Shown one piece after another: positions 36,871-46,322 of a stretch of DNA of 64,000 bases (its first letter is position 1; the number at the start of each line of letters is the position of its first letter). Both the position numbers and the translations under genes were made by a program. Below the pieces are notes generated by a model. The model was not told where the DNA came from. It made no database searches and saw only the letters and a list, made by a program, of their open reading frames with translations. The stretch is from Candidatus Zymogenaceae bacterium (GTDB lineage Bacteria > Desulfobacterota > Zymogenia > Zymogenales > Zymogenaceae): positions 67,149 to 131,148 of the forward strand of contig JAFGFE010000040.1 in assembly GCA_016931225.1 (NCBI GenBank). Reading direction: 5' to 3'.

Positions 36871-38469
36871 ATGAGCAGCGCAAATCCCAATATCGACAAA
36901 CTTGCGACCGAATCCACTCTGGCACTCATGCTGGAAAACCGGGCCGCCGACCTTGCCGGCCACACGGCCCTGATGTTCAGGGGCACGTCATGGACCTATC
37001 AGGAACTCAACGAAACCGCCGACCGGCTGGCCACGGCCCTGCTGAAACTCGGGGTCACGAAGGACGACCGCATCGCCGTGATCATGCCCACCCGACCCGA
37101 ATGGTTGTTCGTGTGGTTCGCGGCGGCAAAGATCGGATGCAGCGTGGTTGGGCTCAATTTTAGGTATAAGCAGGATGAAGTGGTATACATGGTCGGCGAA
37201 GCCCAGCCCCGATTCATGGTCTGTATCAGCGAATTCGCTGGAATCAATTATGCAGACTTTTTCGCGGGCATCCGCGATAAGATCCCCAGCCTCGAGCATT
37301 TTATTTTTCTGGGACACACCAATCACCCTGGGGCCCTGGATCTAGACACTCTCCTGGAAACGCCGGCGGACGAGAAGCTTCTGAAAGACGTCCGGCAAAA
37401 AGTTCGGCCCGAGGCCGACCATTTCATCATTTTCACCTCGGGCAGCACGGGACGGCCCAAGGGTGCGGTGCTTACCCAAAAGAGCATTATGGCCATGCTT
37501 CGGCCCTGGGCCAAAACCATGGAACTGGTCACCGACGACCTGCTTTTAAACGTGCTGCCCATCAATCATGTGGGTGGAGGCACCCTGTGTGCCATGGGGA
37601 CGATGGCTTCGGGCGCGCGGCTGATGCTCTGCGACGTCTTTGATCCATCCGCGGGTCTGGATATAATTGCCGAACACCGGATAACCGTCTTTGGCGGCGT
37701 CCCCACGGTTTTCGCACTTTTCTTCAGCCTGCCGAATTTCGACAAGAATAAGCTGAATAGCGTCAAAATGATGATATACGGCGGATCTCCGGCTACGCCG
37801 GATCTGCTCAAAGCCATGGTCGACAATACCAGCGCCGTGATCCTCGCCTGTTACGGGGCCACCGAGGTATCCGGATTCTGTACGTACACCACCCGGCAGG
37901 ATCCGATTCAAAAGGTACTGGACAACACCGTGGGTCGTGCGCCCGAGGGCGTAGAGCTTTCGATCGTGGATCCCACGAACCATGAACCTCAAACGATCGG
38001 GGAGGTGGGTGAAGTGGCCGTTCGAGGCGACCTTCTTATCGATCGTTACCTGAATGCACCGGACATGACCGCTCAATCCTTTGACAAAGATGGTTGGTTC
38101 TATACCGGCGACATGGGCTTTCTGGATAAGGACGGGTACCTGAGCCTGGTGGGGCGGTACAAGGAAATGTATATCTGCGGCGGATTCAATGTGTACCCCA
38201 AGGAAGTAGAAGACATACTCATGCAGCACCCGGCCGTGGCCATGGCCGCGGTATTGGGCGTGCCCCATCCCAAGATGGGCGAGGCCGGCATGGCTTTTAT
38301 TATGCGGAAACCGGGGAGCACAGTTGACCCTGAAGCTCTCAAAGCTCTCTGCGCCGACCACCTGGCCGACTACAAAGTACCGACTGAGGTTATCATCCGT
38401 GACACGCTTCCCATGACCGCCCTTGGCAAAATCCATAAACCTACTTTGTATGAGGAACTCAAGCAATAG
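36871..38469 (+). CDS. AMP-dependent synthetase/ligase (acyl- or aryl-CoA ligase).
   Basis: 'IIFTSGSTGRPKGAV', 'YGATE', 'YTGDMGFLDKDGYLSLVGRYK'. The start is the ATG at 36871 behind aggagg. Confidence 0.85.
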   Translation: MSSANPNIDKLATESTLALMLENRAADLAGHTALMFRGTSWTYQELNETADRLATALLKLGVTKDDRIAVIMPTRPEWLFVWFAAAKIGCSVVGLNFRYKQDEVVYMVGEAQPRFMVCISEFAGINYADFFAGIRDKIPSLEHFIFLGHTNHPGALDLDTLLETPADEKLLKDVRQKVRPEADHFIIFTSGSTGRPKGAVLTQKSIMAMLRPWAKTMELVTDDLLLNVLPINHVGGGTLCAMGTMASGARLMLCDVFDPSAGLDIIAEHRITVFGGVPTVFALFFSLPNFDKNKLNSVKMMIYGGSPATPDLLKAMVDNTSAVILACYGATEVSGFCTYTTRQDPIQKVLDNTVGRAPEGVELSIVDPTNHEPQTIGEVGEVAVRGDLLIDRYLNAPDMTAQSFDKDGWFYTGDMGFLDKDGYLSLVGRYKEMYICGGFNVYPKEVEDILMQHPAVAMAAVLGVPHPKMGEAGMAFIMRKPGSTVDPEALKALCADHLADYKVPTEVIIRDTLPMTALGKIHKPTLYEELKQ

Positions 38470-38483
38470 CTTATGAATTTTCT

Positions 38484-38590
38484 GATCCAGTATGAGTATT
38501 ATCGGGAGGGTGCCGTTACCCGACGACGACCGTCCGGATATCACTAAGCGCAACCCGAAAGAGCCCGATCATACCGGTCAGGGCGGGAAA
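38484..38590 (+). repeat. Intergenic mosaic of fragments copied from the retropepsin-like gene (40611-40683 and 41311-41330).
   Basis: A roughly 65-bp block 'acgaccgtccggatatcactaagcgcaacccgaaagagcccgatcataccggtcagggcggg' is near-identical to 40611-40676, with 3 mismatches. 'tattatcgggagggtg' matches 41314-41330. Confidence 0.6.
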
Positions 38591-38600
38591 CCTGCTTTTG

Positions 38601-38640
38601 GAAAAAAAGAGGGGCCATAACCGGCCCCTCTTTTCATTTC
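38601..38640. terminator. Bidirectional rho-independent terminator between convergent genes.
   Basis: Stem agaggggcc/ggcccctct with loop ataacc. It is flanked by A7 upstream and T4 downstream. Confidence 0.55.
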
Positions 38641-38730
38641 ATACAAACAGAGAAAACTGTACCGCTTCTTTTTTCGCTTTATCCGTGGCGGTTTCTATCT
38701 CATCGGTACGTATCGACGTCCGGGTCGAAA

Positions 38731-39747
38731 TCAGATCTCATCCGGCAGGCGATCCAGGGGGGTGCGGGAGACGAAGGGGACGAATCCGAGAGAACGAGAG
38801 TAACGAATCGCCTCCCTTGCGTTTTCCGAGTCTACACAGTAATCCACGGTGAACACCGGGAGCCCCGCTTCCCGGTATATCGTGAGCACCCGGGCGATGT
38901 CCTCCCGGCACCACTCACACATACCCCGCTCGGTCTCGATGTCGCCGGAGCGCCTGCTCTCCCACTCCACATCGCCGTCGCCGGAATAGGAGAGGTCCTC
39001 AACGGCCACGGCGTCTATCACATCGAGATACTCATCGGCATTCACCACCAGGTACGGGGCGTTCTGGGGCACCACGAGAAAATCCGGGTTTTTTCCCCTT
39101 GCGTACGCCCGGATCTCCCCGATGAAGCGCACCATCTCTTCCGCGGTGTTCAATCGCAAGTCTTCCGCGCGGCCCGCCACCAACTCATTGTCGTAGGCCT
39201 CCACCCAGTCCAGGTATATGCCGTCGAATCCGAGCTCAATGATCCGATCCAGGACGCTTCCGGCGCCGTATATCACAATTTCCTTCCACCGAAAATCCCA
39301 GTACGCCACCGGGTAGTTGCCGGCCCAGCCGTCCGGGTCCCGGCCCACCATGAAATCCGGCGTGCCGCCTCGAAAAAAGGTGGGGGGAGTCCAGTCGTCG
39401 GCGAAGTAGCTTCGCCACTCCTCCGCCTGACCGATATCCACATACGCCAGCACCACACTGCGATATCCGGGGAGGGATGCGAGGGTCGATTTGAGACGAT
39501 CTACCATCCCCCGGGCGTCGAAGCCCGCGTATTCATCCATGGTCGCCATCGGCTCCACCACCACCATGTCAAATCCGGCCGCCGCGAGACGCCCCAATCT
39601 TTCCGGATATTCGAGCCCCTGAAGCTGATAGCCCCAGCTCTTCACCTCATGAAGGGGTATGGGAGGCGTCTCCTGGGCGGGGGCGGGTCCGGCGCACACT
39701 GCACAGAGCAACCCACATACCATCACACTACGGGCGGCTTGTTTCAT
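38731..39747 (-). CDS. Secreted glycoside hydrolase family 114-like (endo-alpha-1,4-polygalactosaminidase-like TIM-barrel) protein.
   Basis: Signal peptide 'MKQAARSVMVCGLLCAVCAGPAPA' with ggagg RBS. 'SWGYQLQG' and the overall pattern resemble GH114/TM1410-like proteins. The family call rests on sequence pattern only. Confidence 0.5.
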   Translation of the reverse strand: MKQAARSVMVCGLLCAVCAGPAPAQETPPIPLHEVKSWGYQLQGLEYPERLGRLAAAGFDMVVVEPMATMDEYAGFDARGMVDRLKSTLASLPGYRSVVLAYVDIGQAEEWRSYFADDWTPPTFFRGGTPDFMVGRDPDGWAGNYPVAYWDFRWKEIVIYGAGSVLDRIIELGFDGIYLDWVEAYDNELVAGRAEDLRLNTAEEMVRFIGEIRAYARGKNPDFLVVPQNAPYLVVNADEYLDVIDAVAVEDLSYSGDGDVEWESRRSGDIETERGMCEWCREDIARVLTIYREAGLPVFTVDYCVDSENAREAIRYSRSLGFVPFVSRTPLDRLPDEI

Positions 39748-39901
39748 TCCACACCTCCACGATTTTGGTGTACTCTTTCCATCCCGTCTTGACATCGGGC
39801 GTCTTCCTGTGTCATAACCGTATGTACACAGTATAGACCACTTCTTGGGCGATGAGGAACGGTTTTTTTCCAATCGTCAGCACACACATCGGGGGGATAT
39901 C

Positions 39902-41359
39902 ATGCCGGGGAAATTTCTTAGGACGCTTCTGGTGCTTGTAACCATCACTGCCGCATCGGCGCTCTCGCCGGCCGCCCGGGCCCTGGATCCGGATACCGTC
40001 ATGGCCCGGCACATCAGCGCCCTGGGGGGACGGGGCGTCGTCTGGTCCATCGACGACTTCACCATCACCCTGGAAGGAATATACATGGGATTCCCTGCGA
40101 CGATGACCATCCGGGGCATGTACCCGGACTGCTACGAGGAAGTGCTTACGACCGAGCATTTCGAGATCCGGGCGATACACACCACCGAGGGGACCCGGCT
40201 CGTCACCGCCGATGGACAGGTCATCGAACCGGAGGGTCTCGATCGGGAGGCGCTGGCGGCCCGGGCGGCCGTCTTCAACTACGCGTATATTCGGGACATG
40301 TCCATCCCGCTGCTCCCCGATTCACAGGACACCCCCACCGGCTTCACTATGGACACCGGGGCCAACTTCGGCACACATATCATATTCAATCCCGAGACGT
40401 ATCTCATCGACGGCTTTTCGCTCTGCACCGGCACGGAAAACCTGACTGTATTTTTTTCCGAATACGACACATTCGAAGGCGTGACGTTTCCCGGCGTCAT
40501 CGATGTTCGGGGCGATACGGAGATGACCCTTCGCACACGCTCGGTCCTCTTCAATTCGGGCCTCCAGCCCTCCGACTTCATCCTCCCGGCGGAATCCGCC
40601 CCGGCGCCGGCAACGACCGTCCGGATATCACTGAACGCAACCCGAAAGAGCCCGATCATACCGGTCAAGGCGGGTAACAAATCCTCCGATCTCCTGCTGG
40701 ATACAACCTGGGAGACCCTCCCGGTGATACCGAACATGGCTGGCCCTTCGGGAGATGTCTTCTCATACCGTCACGACGGCGAGACGGTCTTTCTTCGGGC
40801 GACACCGCCCGTCTCCCTGAAGCTGGGCGACCTCTCTTTCGACACTCCCCTTCTGACCACAGACGGCGCCTCCCCCCTCTTTGATGCGCTCCCCGACGGG
40901 GCCGACGGCGTCATCGGCGGGATGCTCCTCCTTTTGGGGCCTGTGATGATCGATCCCGGGAATAGTGAGGTGACGCTTTTTGATCGGGAATCGTTTTCGC
41001 CGCCGTCTTTCGGAAAGAAGACCCGGCTCACCGTTGAGGGGTCCACCCCCCTGGTGGCCGGAACGGCGGGGGGGGTGTACGGCTTCTGGATTATCGACAC
41101 CGGTTTCGACGGATTCGGCTACCTGGCGGATGCCGGCCCCGGCGAAGACCTTCCACAGCAGGAGGGCGACGTGTTCGTCGGTGATATCAACGTGGGTGGT
41201 GTGGTTCTTGAGGGTGTGACTCTTACAACCCGTGGATACGTCTCCCCCACCCTGCCGGACGTCCTGGGCGGACTTGGGGTGGAATTTCTCGAGTCTGTCC
41301 CTATCGTTTTGGATTATCGGGAGGGGGTAATCTATCTCATAACCGAGAGGAAAGACTGA
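39902..41359 (+). CDS. Secreted protein with two retropepsin-like aspartic protease motifs (putative aspartyl peptidase).
   Basis: Signal peptide 'MPGKFLRTLLVLVTITAASALS'. 'LLLDTTWET' and 'FWIIDTGFDG' are D-T/S-G-type active-site motifs about 130 residues apart. Confidence 0.45.
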   Translation: MPGKFLRTLLVLVTITAASALSPAARALDPDTVMARHISALGGRGVVWSIDDFTITLEGIYMGFPATMTIRGMYPDCYEEVLTTEHFEIRAIHTTEGTRLVTADGQVIEPEGLDREALAARAAVFNYAYIRDMSIPLLPDSQDTPTGFTMDTGANFGTHIIFNPETYLIDGFSLCTGTENLTVFFSEYDTFEGVTFPGVIDVRGDTEMTLRTRSVLFNSGLQPSDFILPAESAPAPATTVRISLNATRKSPIIPVKAGNKSSDLLLDTTWETLPVIPNMAGPSGDVFSYRHDGETVFLRATPPVSLKLGDLSFDTPLLTTDGASPLFDALPDGADGVIGGMLLLLGPVMIDPGNSEVTLFDRESFSPPSFGKKTRLTVEGSTPLVAGTAGGVYGFWIIDTGFDGFGYLADAGPGEDLPQQEGDVFVGDINVGGVVLEGVTLTTRGYVSPTLPDVLGGLGVEFLESVPIVLDYREGVIYLITERKD

Positions 41360-41408
41360 GTATCAACGCCGGGAGGGGTAAACGGAGCATATCGGCGATG
41401 TCGTGCCG

Positions 41409-41801
41409 TTATCCCGCGGCGAGGGAGACCGTCAAGCACATGAGGGCCAGGGTCGCCGCGACCGGTGTCATCACCCGCCTCTCCCACACGCTTTTCGACG
41501 CAAGATTTCCGATCGTACTCAATCCAAAAAGGACCGTCAGCGCCCAGACGACAACGCGAATCGCGTCCGGTCGATCAAAGATACTGACAACACCCGCCCT
41601 TTCAAGCACACATAACGCCCCCAGGGCGCATATCGCCGCCGACGCGAGGCTTGCAATGCGAAGACCTATGGGAAACCGCGTGTGCATGCCGCCCCAGGCG
41701 AGGCGTCCCAGGGGAACCCCACAGGCCAATACCGCCTGAAAGCAGGCCAGTCCAAGAAGCTCCACCGCGGCGATCCATGCGGCCGTCGATACCATATTCA
41801 T
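41409..41801 (-). CDS. Small membrane protein, uncharacterized.
   Basis: A 130-aa ORF with about 4 hydrophobic helices. Confidence 0.4.
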   Translation of the reverse strand: MNMVSTAAWIAAVELLGLACFQAVLACGVPLGRLAWGGMHTRFPIGLRIASLASAAICALGALCVLERAGVVSIFDRPDAIRVVVWALTVLFGLSTIGNLASKSVWERRVMTPVAATLALMCLTVSLAAG

Positions 41802-41865
41802 CTATCCTCCCGGGCATCCAACCCCATGCCGACCGACACCGTCCGGTCACTCTCCCCTGACGCTG

Positions 41866-41908
41866 TTAAAAAATGAAAGGACGCCCCCCTCTGTGTGAAA
41901 GGGGCGTC
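41866..41908 (-). terminator. Rho-independent terminator after the substrate-binding protein gene.
   Basis: Stem ggacgcccc/ggggcgtcc. On the minus strand it is followed by a T-rich tract (plus-strand taaaaaatgaaa). Confidence 0.55.
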
Positions 41909-41939
41909 CGGTCCGTTTCGTTATGCCCTTCCCGTCCGC

Positions 41940-42887
41940 CTAAAAAAGGTCCCGAACCGCAGGATGCAGCGGAACGATGTATGTATCTGGGTCGTATGGC
42001 CCGATGGAGGCGTCGAGCCGCGGCATGTTCCCCCCGGATTCCGGAAATCCGGAGAGAAGGACCTCGGCCACCGTCCGGGCCGCCTCCTCGTCCAGGTCGC
42101 TTCGGGAGACGAGAAACTGGGGATATCCCGCGGTTATGAAATCCTCCCGCTGGTAGGGATACAACCCCTCGGCTACCGTCAGGGGAAACACCGTCATCCC
42201 CGACGCCTTTATCAGTTCCGTCTCCTCCCCGGTGATGGGAATCAGGTGATACACGTGCCCGGTCTTTCTGAGGATATCGTCGACCAAGGGATTCGGCACA
42301 GCCCCCAGGACCACCGCACCGTCGAGAGGCGTATTGATAAAATCGGCCATTACGTCGATGAGCTCCAGCATCGTCATGTCCGACATGAGGCGCTTGGTGC
42401 GTATGCCCGCACTTTCAAACAGAAGGTCCACCATTGTATGCTGCCAGCTCCCCTCGTCACCCTGAAAAATCCGCTTGCCTTTCACGTCCGAAATCGTGCC
42501 CGTCTTCTCCTTTTTTCTGGTGATTAGGATATGCACCGTGCCGGGCCACACCGGGGCCACGGCGACCACAGACGACGTATCCGTTTCGTTACCCGCCGCA
42601 ACATCCAGAACCGGCCCCGGCACCAGAGCCATATCAACGTCTCCCGCGAGCAGCATCGTCAGGCTCTGTGTATCGTCACCGGACGTGACGACATCCACCA
42701 TCACTCCGGCCTCCTCCCACAGCGGCTCGTACTGTTTCCCCGCCAGCCAGAAAAACGAACCCGCCTCCCCCACCGCCAGCCGAAGCGGGACATCTTCTCC
42801 GTCCTGGGCCGACGCAATCATACAGGAACATGCGAATATAACGATAAAAACGATACTAAAACGAACTCCCTTCATGGAAATGTTCAT
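41940..42887 (-). CDS. Periplasmic substrate-binding protein, probably a TAXI-family TRAP transporter solute receptor.
   Basis: Signal peptide, then 'LRLAVGEAGSFFWLAGKQYEP...VDVVTSGDDTQSLTMLLAGDVDMALV', which resembles the TAXI TRAP solute-binding protein pattern. Typical length of about 315 aa. Confidence 0.45.
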   Translation of the reverse strand: MNISMKGVRFSIVFIVIFACSCMIASAQDGEDVPLRLAVGEAGSFFWLAGKQYEPLWEEAGVMVDVVTSGDDTQSLTMLLAGDVDMALVPGPVLDVAAGNETDTSSVVAVAPVWPGTVHILITRKKEKTGTISDVKGKRIFQGDEGSWQHTMVDLLFESAGIRTKRLMSDMTMLELIDVMADFINTPLDGAVVLGAVPNPLVDDILRKTGHVYHLIPITGEETELIKASGMTVFPLTVAEGLYPYQREDFITAGYPQFLVSRSDLDEEAARTVAEVLLSGFPESGGNMPRLDASIGPYDPDTYIVPLHPAVRDLF

Positions 42888-43056
42888 TGTACGTCACTCC
42901 ATACTCTATTAATCCTTCGATAAGAACAATGTCTACATATCACCCGATTGAATACCTCACCCGGCGATCGGTCGCCAATCGCTCGTATGCCGTGTCGCCA
43001 CAAGGGCATATCGCCGATATAAATCCATCGGTTCGGTCGAATCGAATTCCGTTTTT

Positions 43057-43278
43057 TCAGGGCACCGGGTCGTGTCCACCCGGATTGAAGGGATTACACC
43101 TGAGAATACGCCACGCGCCCATTACTGACCCCTTGATCACGCCGTACTTTTCGATGGCTTCATACGTGTACTGGGAACAACTGGGATAAAAACGGCACAC
43201 ACCGCCGGGCAGAATCCGGGTCATCAGCGGGCTGTGGTCCGGTGAGATCGTATGCTGATAGATGCGTATCATCCCCAT
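43057..43278 (-). CDS. yidD: Membrane protein insertion efficiency factor YidD.
   Basis: '[46 protein letters not shown]' is the YidD/haemolytic-domain signature. The start is uncertain; the ORF could extend to 43428. Confidence 0.7.
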   Translation of the reverse strand: MGMIRIYQHTISPDHSPLMTRILPGGVCRFYPSCSQYTYEAIEKYGVIKGSVMGAWRILRCNPFNPGGHDPVP

Positions 43279-43444
43279 GGGGATGAGCCTGATATTATCG
43301 ACGACCCGAAGGACGAGGGGGCGTCCCTTCTTCACATCAATGAGATCGATCGGGCGAAGCGCCGCCTTCTCGCCGGGAGGGCCGCCCCCGTCGGGCACGG
43401 GCGTGTATCCGGAATCGGTTTTTTTCAAAAAAAACCCCCTCCCC

Positions 43445-44587
43445 CTACCGTCTCAGGTAATGGCAGATGATCATCCGTTGGACCTCGGAAGTACCCGCGC
43501 CGATGGAAAACACCTTGGCGTCCCGCATCATCCGCTCCACCCGGAACTCTTTCGTGAATCCGTATCCCCCGTGGACGTGCACCGCGTCGGTGGTGATCCG
43601 CATGCACTCGTCGCACGCCATGAGTTTTGCATACGACGCCGCGAGCCGTGCGTTGCCCCCCTTGTCCAGAATCGACGCCGCGTTATAGATGAGCAGCCTC
43701 GACGCCTCCAGAGACGTGGCCATATCGGCGATGAGCTTCTGGACCATCTGGAAGTTGAAGATCGGGGATCCGAATTGGGAGCGCTCCTGGGAATACGCCA
43801 GGGCCTCGTCGAACGCCCCCTGGGCCAGCCCCAGGCTCAGGGCCGACCACGCCACCCGCTCCGTGTCGAGACCGCTCGTCATCTGTTTGGCCCCCAGCCC
43901 CTCGCTTCCCCCCACCAGGTTCTCTGCCGGAACCCGGCAGTCCTCCAGCACCAGCTCTCCTGTGGGGGAAGAGCGAAGGCCCATCTTGTCGAACTCCTTG
44001 CCGGTGGAAAAACCCTCGAAGTCCCGCTCGACGATGAAGGTGCATATCCCCTTGGGTCCCTGTGATTTGTCAACCGTGGCGTATACCAGCGCCACGTCTG
44101 CCACCGGTGCGTTGCTGATGAATGTCTTGGTTCCATTGAGGATATATTCATCCCCCTTTTTCTCCGCCCGGGTGGATACGCTCATGGCGTCAGACCCGGA
44201 CCCCGGCTCCGTCAGACCCATGCAGCCCATCCACTCCCCGCTTGCCACGAGGGGAAGGTATTTTTTCTTCTGCTCTTCGGTGCCGTTTCTCGCCAGGTTG
44301 TTGCCGAACAGGAGAGACGAAGCCCCCATGACTGTCCCCAGAGACGGTGAGTACTTGGCGATTTCCTCAGAGAGAATCGCCAAGGTAAAAAAGTCGCGAA
44401 ACGTTCCACCGTATTCCTCGGGAATGGCCGATCCCATCAATCCCAGCTTCGCCATCTCACCGACCAGATCCGTTGGATATCGGCCCGCCTTGTCGTTCTC
44501 CTCCTCTACTGGCTTGATGCGCTCCTCGCCGAAGCTCCTGACGGTATCGAGCATGATACGCTGCTCTTCAGATATTTCGTACAGCAC
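43445..44587 (-). CDS. Acyl-CoA dehydrogenase.
   Basis: ACAD N-, middle and C-terminal domain pattern, including '[21 protein letters not shown]'. Confidence 0.9.
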   Translation of the reverse strand: MLYEISEEQRIMLDTVRSFGEERIKPVEEENDKAGRYPTDLVGEMAKLGLMGSAIPEEYGGTFRDFFTLAILSEEIAKYSPSLGTVMGASSLLFGNNLARNGTEEQKKKYLPLVASGEWMGCMGLTEPGSGSDAMSVSTRAEKKGDEYILNGTKTFISNAPVADVALVYATVDKSQGPKGICTFIVERDFEGFSTGKEFDKMGLRSSPTGELVLEDCRVPAENLVGGSEGLGAKQMTSGLDTERVAWSALSLGLAQGAFDEALAYSQERSQFGSPIFNFQMVQKLIADMATSLEASRLLIYNAASILDKGGNARLAASYAKLMACDECMRITTDAVHVHGGYGFTKEFRVERMMRDAKVFSIGAGTSEVQRMIICHYLRR

Positions 44588-44677
44588 CGGTTCCTCCAGA
44601 AAATGATTTTTGGTTGTATATGGGATTATACGTTGTTTACAGCGTCTTTCGCGACAGCCAAATCCATGGGTCCGTTT

Positions 44678-44965
44678 TCAGCGGCGATCAATCGAATCGT
44701 ATGGACAATGGTGTGTGCCGACCAGATCGTCTATCTCCCGCTCCTTGAGAGGGCATCCCTCCGGCAGGACGATCCGCACACCCTCCCAGACGATACCGAG
44801 GGCCAGCATCCCCAGCTCGGTGACCCCCCCTACGATGACGCCGCCGGGAGACACCCGATCTTCGGTGTTCGGGGCGACATCATCCGTCCCGCCCATCGCT
44901 CCGTGCGCTCCTATCACTAATAGCAGGCACAGCATCACCGTTACACTATATGCATACATTCTCAT
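44678..44965 (-). CDS. Small secreted protein, uncharacterized.
   Basis: Signal peptide 'MRMYAYSVTVMLCLLLVIGAHGA' with ggagg RBS. No known motif. The longer 45115 start lacks an RBS. Confidence 0.35.
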   Translation of the reverse strand: MRMYAYSVTVMLCLLLVIGAHGAMGGTDDVAPNTEDRVSPGGVIVGGVTELGMLALGIVWEGVRIVLPEGCPLKEREIDDLVGTHHCPYDSIDRR

Positions 44966-45132
44966 CACCATCCTCCCCCATCGTGCATAACAAGCGCCAT
45001 TATAACAAAATATCGTCGCCTGGCAAACCAAAACCGCCCGGAGAATAAGCGATGCACATTCCCCCCTCTTGATTTTACCGTCGATCATCACTATAATCTG
45101 ACAACCGATCACCACAACCGGGAGGAGTGCGT

Positions 45133-45780
45133 ATGTACCGGGCAGTGGCCCTCGACGTCTGCGGCGTCCTCACCACCCACAAGAGCGTCTGGCAGTTCAT
45201 CCACGAAGAGCTGGGTCTCTGGACGAATAACGCAGAATACTTCCAGGACGATTTTCTGGCCGGTCGCATCTCCTACCGGGAATTCTGCGATCGGGACGCC
45301 CGCCTGTGGGCGGGGATCGACACAGGCGAGATGGAACGCATCATCGATCGCCTCCCCCTTAGAAAAGATATCGATGAGCTCTTTTCGTTCCTCACGGACC
45401 ATTCACTCCGGGTCGGTCTCATCTCCACCGGGCTGACACTGCTGACCGATCGGTTTTCCCGACGATATCCCGTCGACTTCTCTATCGCCAACCACCTGTT
45501 ATGGGAAAACGGCCGTCTGACGGGAGACGTGGAAATACGGGTGGAACACGACGGGAAGGGAGCGGCCCTGGGACGGTTCGCCCGGTCCGTGGGGATACGT
45601 CTTTCGGAAATTATCGCCGTGGGCGACGGCGAATCGGACATCCCGATGTTCAGGGCCGCCGGCATGGGAGTTGGATTCGCATCGGGGGGGAGTGTATCTG
45701 AAAAAATGAAACGGGCCGCCGACGTCCTCGTTACTGCGGACGTGGCGGCCCTGACGGCTGCATTGAATAATCTGCTGTAG
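45133..45780 (+). CDS. HAD superfamily hydrolase (HAD-IB, phosphoserine phosphatase-like).
   Basis: Motif I 'ALDVCGVLT' and motif IV 'VGDGESDIPMFRAAG'. RBS ggagg is 7 nt upstream. Confidence 0.6.
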   Translation: MYRAVALDVCGVLTTHKSVWQFIHEELGLWTNNAEYFQDDFLAGRISYREFCDRDARLWAGIDTGEMERIIDRLPLRKDIDELFSFLTDHSLRVGLISTGLTLLTDRFSRRYPVDFSIANHLLWENGRLTGDVEIRVEHDGKGAALGRFARSVGIRLSEIIAVGDGESDIPMFRAAGMGVGFASGGSVSEKMKRAADVLVTADVAALTAALNNLL

Positions 45781-45807
45781 ATACGGATACGATCGATTAA
45801 TTCGGTA

Positions 45808-46182
45808 TCAATCCTCCGTCTCCGGTTTCACGTAGTTTGGATCGGGCTCCAGATTGAAGCTGAAATTGAAAGTGTTCCCATATCCAAACTGGGATCCCCG
45901 GACGAAATTACCGCTCCAGTACATATCATTCAATTCTTTATGCAAAATGGTCCGCTCAAAGGGAATATAGCCGTCATTTGTCAGCTTCACGGCGGTGGCG
46001 TCCCCACCAAACGAATCCCATTTCTGCGGAACGCTTCTGGGCGTCTGTCCGACATATTCACCATTCACATACAATTTTGAGCCGGTCGGCTCTGAAATAA
46101 TCGTGATAGTATTAATTCCCCAGCAACCGAGGATGGAAACAGAAAACATTACCAGAATGACGGCAACAAGAAACCTTTTCAT
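45808..46182 (-). CDS. PEGA-domain lipoprotein.
   Basis: Lipobox 'SILGC'. PEGA motif 'IISEPTGSKLYVNGEYVGQTP'. Confidence 0.55.
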   Translation of the reverse strand: MKRFLVAVILVMFSVSILGCWGINTITIISEPTGSKLYVNGEYVGQTPRSVPQKWDSFGGDATAVKLTNDGYIPFERTILHKELNDMYWSGNFVRGSQFGYGNTFNFSFNLEPDPNYVKPETED

Positions 46183-46322
46183 AAATCATACCCTCCTCTA
46201 AAGGTGACAATGGAGTTTTCGGTGATTATACATTGTTCATTCATAAAGTCAATAATAATGAGCATCTCAATTAATTAAATGTATAACTCTCGGGACATAT
46301 GCCCAGATATAAAAAAGGGTTA

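Noticed and set aside
39845-39901. The first 19 codons of the 504-aa ORF (MGDEERFFSNRQHTHRGDI).
   Set aside because: The ORF overlaps the divergent GH114-like gene start. The downstream Met begins a canonical signal peptide with an RBS, so the start was moved to 39902.
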